From Obrimoposthia wandeli (Eukaryota): a DNA stretch of 64,000 nucleotides. A model generated the notes under the pieces. It had not been told where the DNA came from and did not search any database. It was given only the letters and a program-made list of their open reading frames with translations. Both the position numbers and the translations under genes were made by a program. The stretch is from assembly GCA_977020255.1 (NCBI GenBank), contig CDROCS010002749.1:1-64000 (forward strand). The letters run 5' to 3'. Positions 41,007 to 52,411 of the stretch are shown here, piece by piece (within the stretch, counting starts at the first letter, position 1; each line of letters opens with the position of its first letter).

Positions 41007-41804
41007 CTAATTCTTTTTTCCATTGAAGCCGATTGGCTGTGCTGATAGTTTGTCTGAATCAAAATTAAAGAGTGCTGACTGTTTCCATATATCTTCAGGT
41101 AGTTGATCGCTTAACCAGTAATTACCTGCAATAGAAACGAGTTCTGCTTCCATTGATTGGCAGTAAATGATGGATTGCGTAGCGCCTGAGGCGCCTGCTA
41201 GTGCACGACCTCTTAGATGACCGTAAATATGGATATTACCGTCAGCTATTACTTCAGCGCCGTTACCTACAGATCCAATTACAATCAGGTCGGTATCTTT
41301 TGCATAGATTTGTTGGCCTGAGCGCACGTTTTGCTTAACTACCTTCGGTGTTCTTTGTTTGAGTGCTGTTTGATCTTCAGGTTTTATTTCCTTGTTTGTT
41401 GTTTGGGTCTGTGCACTAGCAGTCTCCTTGCAAGGCAGTTCATTATTAGTTGGCTTTTTATTAAATGACTTTGCAGAGTCAGACTTCGGTTGCTTGAGAA
41501 TAGCCAACCCTGAGACCATTGCCGCTGTTGCCTGCTCAATTGTCGCATTACAAACGCCAACACAGATAAAGTGATGATCTTCTATTATTTGCTTTAACTG
41601 TTTGAAGTCGAAAAGAGCACCCTGTGTTTTTTCGATGTTAATTACGAGTGGAGCGCGATAAAAGAAGTCCTTGGCTTGTTGTCGTTTGTGCTCGAGTTGT
41701 GCAGCCAAAATAGACAGATCGGTTTTCTCTAGCTGCAATATAGAGAGTGGGAAAAGACTGCCTTTGATTTCAACGTCTTTAACTAAGGCATTGGGTTGTA
41801 CCAT
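41007..41804 (-). CDS. minC: Septum site-determining protein
   Basis: VRSGQQIYA, GAEVIADGNIHIYGHLRGRALAG, AELVSIAGNY. Confidence 0.95.
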   Translation of the reverse strand: MVQPNALVKDVEIKGSLFPLSILQLEKTDLSILAAQLEHKRQQAKDFFYRAPLVINIEKTQGALFDFKQLKQIIEDHHFICVGVCNATIEQATAAMVSGLAILKQPKSDSAKSFNKKPTNNELPCKETASAQTQTTNKEIKPEDQTALKQRTPKVVKQNVRSGQQIYAKDTDLIVIGSVGNGAEVIADGNIHIYGHLRGRALAGASGATQSIIYCQSMEAELVSIAGNYWLSDQLPEDIWKQSALFNFDSDKLSAQPIGFNGKKN

Positions 41805-42557
41805 TAATTGAATAACTCCAAACTAATATTACCATGAGATGTACGTGTATTACGTCACTTTGAAAGAGCGTGTTTAACGGATGCCCCTGAAAGAGAAAAG
41901 TAACTATTGAGTAGCAGTGGTTACTATTTTCGCTCAATAAAACTGGTTGTTTAACAAGCAGATAAATATAAAGTTGGCTTGCTGATGAATAGATCTAGTT
42001 AGTGGGGCGCAGTATAATCTACTCATTACATAAAGCAGATACTTTTTTACTGTTTAAGGGTTATTTTTGGCGCGTACTAACAGTGCTAGAAGTAGTTGTT
42101 TGCGTTTATATTGTTAAATACATTTCTAGCCTTGCCCGATTGTTGGGTAAGTATTGAGTTAAGCATTTTCAAATTGTATAAATATGCAGTGTAGAATTGT
42201 TTTATATAAATAAAAATTGATTAACTCCATGAGGCTAGTGCATGGGCGTAATATTGTTATGCCTAAAAATATATTCTTATATATCAAGTAAATATAGAGG
42301 CGCCCAAAGTGTTTGTTGATTGGGGGCTATCAGTGGTCAAATGTTAAATGCTCAAATCTGTATTTTAAAGTGCCATAAATTGCCCTTTAATACCCATAAA
42401 AGCTGTTTTAGTAGCTAATTGCAGTTAATAACTATGTTTTAGCCTAGCCTAATGCTGCTTATTCACGGATAATGTCGAATCTTTATTTTCTGCGATGTTT
42501 ATGGATGAGTTCCAAAACATAGCAGGTAACTTTTTCAACTAACAAAAGAGATTAATA

Positions 42558-43670
42558 ATGAAACGTGTAGGTTTTGTCGGTTGGCGCGGAATGGTTGGTT
42601 CTGTGTTAATGCAGCGCATGATAGAGGAAGGTGATTTCAATCATATTGATGAGCCTGTTTTCTTTACCACGTCACAAGTTGGGCAAGCAGGTCCGGATAT
42701 TGGTAAAACCATCCCCACCTTAAAAGACGCTGCTGATATTGAGACGCTGAAAACCATGGACGCCATTATTTCTTGTCAAGGCGGAGATTACACTAATCAA
42801 GTGTATGCTCCCCTGCGTGAGGCGGGTTGGAAAGGTTACTGGATTGATGCAGCCTCTAGTTTACGTATGAGTGATGACAGTATCATTGTATTAGACCCTG
42901 TGAATCGAAATCTTATCGATAAAGGTATCACTAAAGGCGTTAAAACCTTTGCCGGTGGTAACTGTACTGTATCGTTAATGTTGATGGCATTAGGCGGTCT
43001 GTTTAAAAGTGGTCATGTAGAATGGTTAACATCAATGACGTACCAAGCTGCATCGGGTGGTGGTGCTCGTCATATGCGTGAACTAGTCAGTCAAATGGGT
43101 GTGATCCACAATTCAGTGGCAGATCAATTAGACAGCGGATCAGCAATTTTAGCATTAGATAAAAAAGTGTCGCAAACACTGCTAAGTAAAGAGATGCCAG
43201 TTGATCAGTTTGGTGTTCCTTTGGCTGGTAGTTTGATTCCTTATATAGATGCACAGCTTGAGAATGGGCAATCAAAGGAAGAGTGGAAAGGTTTTGTTGA
43301 AACCAATAAAATCTTGGGGAAATTAGACACCCCAATTCCCATTGACGGTACTTGTGTGCGTATCGGGTCAATGCGCTGCCACTCGCAGGCTTTTACTATC
43401 AAGCTAAATAAAAATATCCCTATCAATGATATTGAAGATATTTTAGCCCAAGGTAATGATTGGGTGAGTGTTGTGCCTAATACCAAAGAGGCTAGTATGG
43501 CGGATTTAACGCCGGCAAAAGTAACCGGGACTTTGAATGTTCCTGTTGGTCGATTGCGTAAAATGAATATGGGTACTCACTACTTAAATGCTTTTAGTGT
43601 TGGTGATCAGTTATTGTGGGGAGCGGCAGAGCCATTACGTCGAACCTTGCGAATTTTACTAAAAGCCTAA
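42558..43670 (+). CDS. asd: Aspartate-semialdehyde dehydrogenase (E. coli type)
   Basis: [48 protein letters not shown]. Confidence 0.96.
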   Translation: MKRVGFVGWRGMVGSVLMQRMIEEGDFNHIDEPVFFTTSQVGQAGPDIGKTIPTLKDAADIETLKTMDAIISCQGGDYTNQVYAPLREAGWKGYWIDAASSLRMSDDSIIVLDPVNRNLIDKGITKGVKTFAGGNCTVSLMLMALGGLFKSGHVEWLTSMTYQAASGGGARHMRELVSQMGVIHNSVADQLDSGSAILALDKKVSQTLLSKEMPVDQFGVPLAGSLIPYIDAQLENGQSKEEWKGFVETNKILGKLDTPIPIDGTCVRIGSMRCHSQAFTIKLNKNIPINDIEDILAQGNDWVSVVPNTKEASMADLTPAKVTGTLNVPVGRLRKMNMGTHYLNAFSVGDQLLWGAAEPLRRTLRILLKA

Positions 43671-43689
43671 TAGTGTAGATGAGCGTGCC

Positions 43690-43718
43690 ACAGCCCGATT
43701 TATCGGGCTGTTTTGTTT
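43690..43718 (+). terminator. Rho-independent terminator after asd
   Basis: ACAGCCCGA-ttta-TCGGGCTGT-TTTGTTT. Confidence 0.7.
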
Positions 43719-43782
43719 GTGCTGAAATAAAAACGAGGCCTTTCTTAGAATAAAAGAAGGGTGCTAAAGATTATGGTGATAT

Positions 43783-44805
43783 ATGAATAAAACTTACGAT
43801 GTTGCAATAGTGGGTGCTACTGGGTTAGTTGGAGAAACAGTTTTATCTATTCTTGAAGAGCGCGAGTTTCCGGTTGGTTGCTTGTATTTGCTCGCGAGTG
43901 AGCGCTCAGCTGGCGTTAAAGTTCTTTTTAATGGCAAGAATATTAGAGTTGAAAGTTTAGGTGATTTTGACTTTTCTCAAGTGCAGATCGCTTTGTTTTG
44001 TGCTGGAGGTGCCGTTTCTGAAAAATACGCACCTATCGCCGCTGAAAGCGGTTGTGTGGTCATTGATAATTCTAGTTTCTTTCGAAACGACTATGATGTG
44101 CCATTGGTTATTCCTGAAGTTAACCCAGATAGTCTTGTTAATTATAGTGCTCGCAATATCATTGCCAATCCTAACTGCTCAACTATTCAAATGTTGCTCG
44201 CTTTAGCGCCTATTCAAAAAGAAGTGGGAATAGAGCGTATCAATGTATCTACTTATCAAGCGGTATCGGGTTCTGGTAAAGCAGGGCTTGAAGAGTTGGC
44301 AAAGCAAACCACATCACTACTCAATGCAAGGGAAGTGGAAGTAAACGTTTATTCACAACAGATTGCTTTTAATGTGTTGCCGCATATTGATGATTTTCAG
44401 GATAACGATTACACGCGCGAAGAAATGAAAATGCTGTGGGAAACACACAAAATCTTTCAAGACGAAAGTATTGCAGTCAACGCGACATGCGTTAGAGTGC
44501 CTGTTTTTCATGGTCACAGTGAATCAATACACATAAATACTAATAATTATATTAGTGCAGCTGAAGTGCGTGAGCTACTTAAAGAAGCTGCGGGGGTAGA
44601 GGTAGTTGATTCGCCTGAACACCAACATTACGCTTCACCGGTTAGTAACGCTAGTGGTAAAGATGCTGTGTTTGTTAGTCGTATTCGCGAAGATTTAGCA
44701 GATAATAATGGTATAAATATGTGGGTAGTTAGTGATAATGGACGCAAAGGGGCCGCACTCAATGCAGTGCAAATAGCTGAATTGTTAATTGAAATGTATT
44801 TATAG
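43783..44805 (+). CDS. usg: Second aspartate-semialdehyde dehydrogenase family protein (Usg/Asd2)
   Basis: VGATGLVG, IIANPNCSTIQM, YQAVSGSG, VRVPVFHGHSE, DNGRKGAALNAVQIAE. Confidence 0.88.
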   Translation: MNKTYDVAIVGATGLVGETVLSILEEREFPVGCLYLLASERSAGVKVLFNGKNIRVESLGDFDFSQVQIALFCAGGAVSEKYAPIAAESGCVVIDNSSFFRNDYDVPLVIPEVNPDSLVNYSARNIIANPNCSTIQMLLALAPIQKEVGIERINVSTYQAVSGSGKAGLEELAKQTTSLLNAREVEVNVYSQQIAFNVLPHIDDFQDNDYTREEMKMLWETHKIFQDESIAVNATCVRVPVFHGHSESIHINTNNYISAAEVRELLKEAAGVEVVDSPEHQHYASPVSNASGKDAVFVSRIREDLADNNGINMWVVSDNGRKGAALNAVQIAELLIEMYL

Positions 44806-45244
44806 TCGTCAATAATTTTGATTGTTGATTATAAAGTTTTTTATCTAAACTCAACTAGCTAAGGCGTCAGTGATCGCGGTTTTGAGCTTTAGCTGGTGGG
44901 TTTGTTTGCAGTTACTTGGCAATCCTATAGACCCATTGACGGCTAAAAATAAGCATTAGTGGTAGATAGGAACCTATTTAATTGACCTATTACAGTGAAA
45001 TAGGTATCTTCTTTAACTACATTTGTCGATAACTTATTGATTTCTTGGAGTTGCTACGATATATAGTAGTATTTTGGATTTTCTGTTTTATTTGCCATGC
45101 TATTTTTAAAAATAGATGTTTATTAATGTGTTTTGTTTGGCCGTTTTTACAATCAGTAAGTCAATTCTATTAATGTCAGCGTATTCAGTTTAATAGTTGT
45201 AGTAACCTGATTTAATACAGTGCTTTTAGGTAAAGGGATAATAA

Positions 45245-48094
45245 ATGCTTCGCAAACTTGGGTTAAGTATTGCCATAGCTAGCGTGTTTTTGGTGGCTAA
45301 AGTTCATGCGCTAGGCATGGGTGAAATTCGTGTTAAATCAGCGCTTAATGAGCCGTTACACGCCGAAATTGATTTATTTCAAGTTAAAAATTTAAGCCCC
45401 TTACAGATAAAATCTAGGATGGCTGACTTAAATGATTTTGCACTTTCAGGTTTGGCCACGCAACGAGCTTTATCGGATGTGCGTTTTCAAATCAGAGTAA
45501 GAGCAAATGGCACAGGCAGGATTATACTCACTTCCAAGCTGCCGGTCACAGAGCCTTTTATGAATTTTTTGGTGGAAGTTAACTGGCCCAGTGGGCGTTT
45601 GATCAGAGAATACACATTACTATTAGATCCGCCTTCTCATTTATCGATCCAAAATAATCAAAACTTTTCGCGAAACGATACGGCCGTTGTTAGCAAAGTT
45701 AAGATTCCTAAAATAGCTAGCGTTAAAAAGAGTGTTAGAAATACTGTTTCTAAAAAAGCGCCAAGCTCTATAAATTTGAAAAAAGGCCAGTACTATATAG
45801 GCCCTAAAGATACGCTTTGGGATATTGCATTGGCTACAAGGCCAAATAAAAAAATTACCCCTCAGCAGATGATGGTGTTAATACAGCGTAAAAATCCGCA
45901 AGCTTTCCCAAATTCAAACATCAATGTTATGACGGCAAAAAAAGTGATTGATTTGCCAACGCAATCAGAAATTGATGCGCTTAGTGTTAAAGAGGCACAA
46001 AATGAAGTAACCAAGCAAACTAAGCTATGGAAAAGTGGCAAATTACCCAAAGTTGTTGCGCAAGATACAACTGTGCAAGATAGTGCTAAACAAGTAGCAG
46101 ACAAAGACAAGCCCTCTAATAAAGCTGTAGCAGATGGCAAAGTATCTGATAAAGAAAAAATTGAGCAGGCCAAAGAAAAAGCGATGGCAGGTGAAGTAGC
46201 GGTAAAAGCTCAAAATCCAGTAGTGGTTGATGCGCAAGGAAACCCTGTTGCTGCGGAAAAGGGAATGTTAGATGTTGTCATTCAAGAAGAGGCAGATAAA
46301 AAGCGCGATCAACAAGTAAAAGCTGAAGCAATGGCGCTTGCCGCAAGTAAAGATTCTAAAAAAATTGCTGAGCTATTAAAAAATAACGCTGAATTAGATG
46401 TAAAACTTGCTTTGTCTCAAGAGTCTATTGATAAGTTAGAGCGCGATAATGTTGAGTTAAATAAAAAGCTAAACACTATCATTAAGCAGCTTGATGATAT
46501 AAATAGACTGGGCATGCTCAAAGACGAGCAGCTAGCAGCGTTGCAGGCTGAGCGTGAAGAAGCAGAAAAAGATCAGCTGCAGCAGGAGAAGCAAGAGAAT
46601 AACAAGAGCTGGTTAGATAAGTTGCTTGAGAACCCGCTAGCAATAGCAGCCGCTGGTGTCGGGTGGTTGCTGGCGATTATAGCAGGCATCTTCTTATTGC
46701 TCAGACGTAAGAAAAAATCACCAGAAGTAGAAGAGACGGGTTCCAAATCAGAGCCAACTATCAGTCTGCCTGATGATGTGATTACAGAAGATCTTAAAGC
46801 AGTAGATGAATTGAGTGAGCTGGATGAAACTGAAAAATTATCAAGTGATGATGTAGATGATTTAGATCTTGATTTGGATTTAGACATGGACATGGATATG
46901 GACATGGATTTAGATCTAGATGAGTCGTTGGATATAGGGCAAAACGATTCGATTGATGATGATGATTTGGCAGCAGAATTAGAAGCTCAGTTGAATACAC
47001 CTAGTGCCGATGAAGATGAAGATGAAGATGACGATGACGATGACTTAGAAATGCTTGAAGGTATTGACAGTCTAGAGTTTGACCTAAGCGAAGGGGATGA
47101 GTCTTTAGATGAATCAGCTGATGAGTTGGAGTTGGACGCGTCATTGGATGTAGATTTGGATCAAGCACCAGATATGGATGCAGAGGAGCTAGCTTTAGCT
47201 GAATTTGCGGCTGCTATGGAAGAAACGGACCCCGGTGTTCTCGAGGACGACGAAAGTGATGTTGAAATTGAGTTGACGCCTGAAGACGAAATGGACACAA
47301 GCGTTGAAGAAGATGAGCTTGATATCAGTGATATTGATCAAGTAACGTCTATAGATGAGCTAGAAGCGTTAGAGTTGGATGAGACATTCGAAATTGATTT
47401 AGATGAGTCAGCTGATGAGGATCAAGAGTTAAGTTTTGAATCGTTATCAGAAATAGATAGTGAAATAGATAGTGAAATAGATAGTCAATTAGATAGTGAA
47501 TTAGAGAGCGAGCTTGCTTTAGACAGTATTGATGATATTGATTTAGAGGATCTTGAAATTGAACTCGTCGACGGTGCTTTAGAAGTAGAAGATCCTTTAC
47601 AGGTTGAGAGTTTATTAGAGGTTGAAGATTCTTTAGAGGCCGAAGACGCTTTGGGTAATGAAGACCTTCTGGCGGTTGAGGATTACTTGGACAATGCCGC
47701 GACAGATATAGAAGAAGATGTCCAAGCTCCTATAGAAGATGCTTCAGATGGCTTACTGGATGCGAAATTGGGCGAAGAGCTAGATGAGCAGTTAGATGAG
47801 GAGTTAGATGAGTCAGAATCTCTTAATGAAGCGGTAGATGAGCTGCTTAGTAGTACAGATGATGAAATTGCTTTCGAAGAAGTTGCCCCTGTCTTTGACA
47901 CTGATAATGAAGATGATATTGATCTGCTCTCAGGGGAAGACGGATTGCGTATGAAACTAGATTTGGCGCGTGCCTATATTGAAATGGGTGATGATCAAGG
48001 CGCTGAAGATATTATCAGTGAGGTAATTAAAAGCGGTGACGAAGAGCAGCAGCGTGAAGCTCAGCAATTGCTTAGCAGTATGCAGTCTAAATAA
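45245..48094 (+). CDS. fimV: Polar landmark protein FimV/HubP
   Basis: ALGMGEIRVKSALNEPLHAEI, WPSGRLIREYTLLLDPP, LysM-like DTLWDIA, long acidic region, C-terminal KLDLARAYIEMGDDQGAEDII. Confidence 0.93.
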   Translation: MLRKLGLSIAIASVFLVAKVHALGMGEIRVKSALNEPLHAEIDLFQVKNLSPLQIKSRMADLNDFALSGLATQRALSDVRFQIRVRANGTGRIILTSKLPVTEPFMNFLVEVNWPSGRLIREYTLLLDPPSHLSIQNNQNFSRNDTAVVSKVKIPKIASVKKSVRNTVSKKAPSSINLKKGQYYIGPKDTLWDIALATRPNKKITPQQMMVLIQRKNPQAFPNSNINVMTAKKVIDLPTQSEIDALSVKEAQNEVTKQTKLWKSGKLPKVVAQDTTVQDSAKQVADKDKPSNKAVADGKVSDKEKIEQAKEKAMAGEVAVKAQNPVVVDAQGNPVAAEKGMLDVVIQEEADKKRDQQVKAEAMALAASKDSKKIAELLKNNAELDVKLALSQESIDKLERDNVELNKKLNTIIKQLDDINRLGMLKDEQLAALQAEREEAEKDQLQQEKQENNKSWLDKLLENPLAIAAAGVGWLLAIIAGIFLLLRRKKKSPEVEETGSKSEPTISLPDDVITEDLKAVDELSELDETEKLSSDDVDDLDLDLDLDMDMDMDMDLDLDESLDIGQNDSIDDDDLAAELEAQLNTPSADEDEDEDDDDDDLEMLEGIDSLEFDLSEGDESLDESADELELDASLDVDLDQAPDMDAEELALAEFAAAMEETDPGVLEDDESDVEIELTPEDEMDTSVEEDELDISDIDQVTSIDELEALELDETFEIDLDESADEDQELSFESLSEIDSEIDSEIDSQLDSELESELALDSIDDIDLEDLEIELVDGALEVEDPLQVESLLEVEDSLEAEDALGNEDLLAVEDYLDNAATDIEEDVQAPIEDASDGLLDAKLGEELDEQLDEELDESESLNEAVDELLSSTDDEIAFEEVAPVFDTDNEDDIDLLSGEDGLRMKLDLARAYIEMGDDQGAEDIISEVIKSGDEEQQREAQQLLSSMQSK
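47450..47509 (+). repeat. 12-bp in-frame tandem repeat in fimV
   Basis: GAAATAGATAGT x3 exact, then CAATTAGATAGT and GAATTAGAGAGC (EIDS-EIDS-EIDS-QLDS-ELES). Confidence 0.85.
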
Positions 48095-48108
48095 GAGGAG
48101 AAGGTTGT

Positions 48109-48954
48109 TTGGTTTCTAGTAAAGAAGACTCGGTAGAATTAGAGGCGACGCAAGTCGCCTCTAATCGTTTGGCTTTATGTGTAGAGTATGCAGGTGGAAA
48201 ATATAAAGGCTGGCAAAAGCAAAAGTTTGATAATTTACCAACGGTGCAAGAAGCGGTAGAAAAGGCGATTTCTAAAGTCGCTAATCACCCCGTAACAGTA
48301 GTTTGTGCGGGTCGCACTGACACAGGGGTGAATGGTGCATATCAAATTATACATTTCGACTCGGCTGCAGTGCGCAGCGAACGTGCTTGGGTAATGGGAA
48401 CTAACACTAATTTACCGCAAGATATCGCTATTCAGTGGGCAAGAGTGGTTGATGATCGTTTCCATGCTCGCTTCTCGGCGTTAAAACGCCGCTATCGTTA
48501 TATTATATATTCAAATCCTGTAATGCCAGCGGTGTTGGCAAAAGGGGTGACTTGGACACACAAGAAACTTGATATCAAATCTATGCAAGAAGCCGCCAGT
48601 TACTTACAAGGCAAGCATGATTTTACATCTTATCGCGCTGTTGCTTGTCAGGCTAATAGCCCGGTGCGTACCATTGAAAGTATAGATGTATACCAGCGCG
48701 GAGAGCTAATCGTGTTAGACGTGCAGGCCAATGCTTTTTTGCATCATATGATACGTAATATTGCGGGAGTGTTAATGGCTATTGGTGCTAAAGAGGCTCC
48801 ACCTATCTGGGCGCAGCAAGTGCTAGAGGCAAAAAACCGTCGTAAAGGAGGCGTGACTGCGCCGCCGCATGGCTTGTATTTTATAGATGTAAAATATCCA
48901 GATGAGTTTGAGTTACCTGCATCCAAGTTAGGTCCATTTTTTATAGGTGCTTAA
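48109..48954 (+). CDS. truA: tRNA pseudouridine(38-40) synthase
   Basis: CAGRTDTGV, FHARFSA..RRYRY, HDFTSYRA..CQA, ANAFLHHMIRNI. Confidence 0.95.
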   Translation: MVSSKEDSVELEATQVASNRLALCVEYAGGKYKGWQKQKFDNLPTVQEAVEKAISKVANHPVTVVCAGRTDTGVNGAYQIIHFDSAAVRSERAWVMGTNTNLPQDIAIQWARVVDDRFHARFSALKRRYRYIIYSNPVMPAVLAKGVTWTHKKLDIKSMQEAASYLQGKHDFTSYRAVACQANSPVRTIESIDVYQRGELIVLDVQANAFLHHMIRNIAGVLMAIGAKEAPPIWAQQVLEAKNRRKGGVTAPPHGLYFIDVKYPDEFELPASKLGPFFIGA

Positions 48955-49101
48955 GTTTTTATTGCAGTCTATGGAGTTGGTTGCGTGCAAGAGTCTAAGT
49001 GACAGCAGCTCTATTGTAAAAAGCGTTGAAAATTATAGTCCCTCAACGGGAATGCTGGTAGAATTCTGATCTGGAAAATTGGCTAAAGTGACTTAGAAAT
49101 A

Positions 49102-49731
49102 ATGATATCTCGAGTGAAGATTTGTGGCATAACTCAGTTACCAGATGCGCTAACAGCAATCGAGTTAGGGGTGTCGGCTTTAGGTTTTGTGTTTTATGCG
49201 CCTAGTCCGCGTTTTGTTGAAGTAACTCAAGCTGCGCAAATTATTTCCCAGCTACCTCCTTTTGTGACCACGACTGCTTTGTTTGTTAATGAGCAGGCTG
49301 GTGTCGTCAACAGTATTATTGATCAAGTTAAACCTGATTTATTGCAGTTTCATGGTGATGAAGATGAAACATACTGCGCTCAATTTAATCGGCCTTACAT
49401 TAAAGCTTTACGTGTGCGCCCTGATGCGGATTTGATTAGTATTGCTGGTCAATATTCTTCGGCAAGAGCTTTATTATTAGATGCTTATGTAAAAGGGCTG
49501 CCAGGTGGGACGGGTGAGGCGTTTAATTGGCAGTTAATTCCAGCGGCAATGCGCTCAAAAATTATTTTGGCAGGTGGCTTAGATTATACCAATGTTGCAT
49601 CGGCAATAAGACAGATTAAGCCTTATGCGGTTGATGTCAGTGGTGGTGTAGAGCTTGAAAAAGGGCGTAAGTGCCCAGTGAAAATACAGCGTTTTATGCA
49701 AGAAGTGGCCTCAGGAAATAATGAAATTTAA
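49102..49731 (+). CDS. trpF: Phosphoribosylanthranilate isomerase
   Basis: [39 protein letters not shown]. Confidence 0.95.
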   Translation: MISRVKICGITQLPDALTAIELGVSALGFVFYAPSPRFVEVTQAAQIISQLPPFVTTTALFVNEQAGVVNSIIDQVKPDLLQFHGDEDETYCAQFNRPYIKALRVRPDADLISIAGQYSSARALLLDAYVKGLPGGTGEAFNWQLIPAAMRSKIILAGGLDYTNVASAIRQIKPYAVDVSGGVELEKGRKCPVKIQRFMQEVASGNNEI

Positions 49732-50010
49732 GCGTGCATAACAATGGCGGCTAAGTGTTTGTGTTTTTTTAAAGCATCGGCTTTATAAATAGTAAAATAC
49801 TAGCGATTCACTGAAAGATAAACAGTCTAATTAATGTTATCTTATGCGCAAGCGATAGCTAGTGATATTAAAATGAATTTCCAAGTGAATTGTTAAGTGA
49901 ATTGTTAATAATTTATGATATGTAATTATTTAAGCAAAGCCTTGGTTATATAAGGCTGTTCAAGATTGATTCCATCTCAGTGATAGATGGTATAGAAACG
50001 GATTATAAAT

Positions 50011-51000
50011 ATGAGTAATTGGTTCGACAAAATAGTACCCTCCCTGGTTCGCTCTGAATCTAAGCGCGCTACGGTTCCTGAAGGGCTGTGGAAGAAATGT
50101 CCAAAGTGTGAGGCTGTGCTTTACTTGCCTGATTTAGAAAAAAACTTAAGTGTTTGCACCAAGTGTGACCATCATATGCGTATGGTCGCGCGCAAGCGTT
50201 TAGAGAGTTTTTTGGATGACGGTACTTATAATGAGATAGGGGCTGATATAGAGCCTGTCGATCACCTTAAGTTTAAAGACACCAAGAAATATAAAGATAG
50301 ATTGACTGCAGCACAAAAAGCAACCGGCGAAAAAGACGCATTAATTGCCATGCGTGGTGATATGAAAGGCATGCCAATCGTTGCTGTAGCATTTGATTTC
50401 CGCTTTATGGGCGGTTCTATGGGATCGGTTGTGGGTGAGCGCTTTGTGCAAGCGGCCAATATCTCAATCAAAGAGAAAATTCCGCTAATTTGTTTCTCTG
50501 CATCAGGTGGTGCGAGAATGCAGGAAGCGTTAATTTCTTTGTTCCAAATGGCAAAAACGTCAGCAGTGCTTGAGCGCATGCGTCTGTTGGGAATCCCTTA
50601 CATATCTGTGCTGACGGATCCTGTATATGGCGGAGTTTCAGCGAGCTTATCTATGCTTGGGGATCTCAATGTTGCTGAGCCTAACGCCTTAATTGGTTTT
50701 GCAGGACCTAGAGTTATTGAGCAAACAGTAAGAGAAAAGCTTCCTGAAGACTTTCAGCGCGCAGAGTTTTTGTTAGAGCATGGCCAAGTAGATATGATTA
50801 TCTCGCGCTTAGAATTGCGCGACAGACTGCATAATCTTTTAGCGATGATGGTCGAGCAATTTAAAGTACCTGAAGTGATCGCTGAACCTGTAGATGAAGA
50901 TGATATTGAAAAAGCTGAATCTGCTGTAACTATTGATAGTGAAGCGTTAGATGGCGATACGCAAAGCAGTGATGATTCAAGTGCTAGCCAAAAAGCTTAA
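50011..51000 (+). CDS. accD: Acetyl-CoA carboxylase carboxyltransferase beta subunit
   Basis: GLWKKCPKC Zn finger, [30 protein letters not shown]. Confidence 0.96.
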   Translation: MSNWFDKIVPSLVRSESKRATVPEGLWKKCPKCEAVLYLPDLEKNLSVCTKCDHHMRMVARKRLESFLDDGTYNEIGADIEPVDHLKFKDTKKYKDRLTAAQKATGEKDALIAMRGDMKGMPIVAVAFDFRFMGGSMGSVVGERFVQAANISIKEKIPLICFSASGGARMQEALISLFQMAKTSAVLERMRLLGIPYISVLTDPVYGGVSASLSMLGDLNVAEPNALIGFAGPRVIEQTVREKLPEDFQRAEFLLEHGQVDMIISRLELRDRLHNLLAMMVEQFKVPEVIAEPVDEDDIEKAESAVTIDSEALDGDTQSSDDSSASQKA

Positions 51001-51056
51001 TAAGTATCGTTTTTATAATACCAGCCTTGTTTTAAGGTGTTTATGATGGTTGAGCA

Positions 51057-52379
51057 ATGAATCGCAGTGATTACAACTTAGCACAATGGTTGCAGTGGAT
51101 GGAAGATAACCATCCAACAGAGATAGATTTAGGCCTAGCTCGGGTAGGGCAAGTGTATCGACGTATGCAGTTGGATTTGTCGTCCACTAAGGTAGTCAGT
51201 ATTGCCGGTACCAATGGTAAAGGTTCTACAACAACCTTTTTAGAAGCTATTTATTTAGCTGCTGACTACACGACACTTGCTTACACTTCTCCACATATGT
51301 TGCTGTATAACGAAAGGGTTAGGCTAAATGGTGCAGATGTTAATGATGCGTTATTAATAGCTGCCTTTAGTGCAATAGACACAGCAATGGGTGTTGATGA
51401 GCAGCGTATCTCTTTAAGTTACTTTGAAATAGGTACCTTAGCGGCTATTTACCTGGTCAGCGAACAAAAGCCTGATATAGCGCTTTTAGAAGTTGGCTTA
51501 GGTGGGCGTTTGGATGCGGTTAATATTATTGATGCAGACGTAGCTGTGATAACCACGTTAGCGGTAGATCATGTCGATTGGTTGGGAGATGATATTGAGC
51601 AAATAGGTCGTGAAAAAGCCGGTATTGGCCGAGTAGGAAGTCCGCTTGTGTGTGGTGAAATTCAACCGCCAAAAAGCATTGCTCAGCTAGCTAGTGAGCA
51701 AGCATTTGAATTAATTCAGATTAATCAAGATTATCAGTATCAAGTGGCACAAGATCAAAATAATTGGAGTTTTACAGGTATTGATGGATTAGGCTGCAAA
51801 GTTGTATACCAGAATTTACCTATGCCGAAGCTTCCTTTGCAAAATGCGGCCACTGCCTTGCAAGTGATTGAACAATTGGCAATGCCTTGTTCTTATCAGG
51901 CGCGCGTTGACGGATTGTCTGCGGCTAAATCTCTTGGGCGTCAACAGCAAGTTCGTTATTTAGATCAGGATGTTTTATTAGATGTAGCACACAACCCCCA
52001 GTCAGCACGTTTATTAGCAAGCTCATTATTAAAGCGTGGTTTGCAGGGGAAAGTGCAATTTGTGCTAGGGGTGTTAATTGATAAAGATGCTGAGGGGTTG
52101 ATGTTGGCGCTTGAGTCTACAGCTGCACATTGGCACTTTGTGACGCTCGATGTCTATCGGGGTCAAAGTGCGCTTGCGTTAAAGCAAAAATCATTGGCTT
52201 TGAATATCGATCAGCACAATGTTAGTTGTTACCAAGATATGAGCAGCGCTTTAGAAGGTGCTTTGCAAAATGCCAGTGTTTATCAAGGAATTGATAAAAA
52301 ATGCGATGATCCTTTAGTGGTAGTAGCGGGATCATTCGTGACGGTCGCTCAAGTACTTGCGTTGCCAGGTGTTGAGTAA
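51057..52379 (+). CDS. folC: Folylpolyglutamate/dihydrofolate synthase
   Basis: IAGTNGKGST, YTSPH...YNERVR, EVGLGGRLDAVN, LDVAHNP. Confidence 0.95.
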   Translation: MNRSDYNLAQWLQWMEDNHPTEIDLGLARVGQVYRRMQLDLSSTKVVSIAGTNGKGSTTTFLEAIYLAADYTTLAYTSPHMLLYNERVRLNGADVNDALLIAAFSAIDTAMGVDEQRISLSYFEIGTLAAIYLVSEQKPDIALLEVGLGGRLDAVNIIDADVAVITTLAVDHVDWLGDDIEQIGREKAGIGRVGSPLVCGEIQPPKSIAQLASEQAFELIQINQDYQYQVAQDQNNWSFTGIDGLGCKVVYQNLPMPKLPLQNAATALQVIEQLAMPCSYQARVDGLSAAKSLGRQQQVRYLDQDVLLDVAHNPQSARLLASSLLKRGLQGKVQFVLGVLIDKDAEGLMLALESTAAHWHFVTLDVYRGQSALALKQKSLALNIDQHNVSCYQDMSSALEGALQNASVYQGIDKKCDDPLVVVAGSFVTVAQVLALPGVE

Positions 52380-52411
52380 AAGGCCGTATAGTCAATCAAA
52401 AGGGTGAATTA

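Noticed and set aside
41805-42557. Long AT-rich minC-asd intergenic region considered for an sRNA
   Set aside because: No terminator-bounded structure or recognisable RNA family; consistent with divergent promoters.
42558-44805. Two tandem asd-like genes
   Set aside because: asd followed by usg/asd2 and then fimV-truA is a known conserved arrangement in this group of gammaproteobacteria.
49731-50011. trpF followed by accD without trpB/trpA
   Set aside because: The same organisation occurs in Pseudomonas aeruginosa; trpBA is presumably elsewhere.
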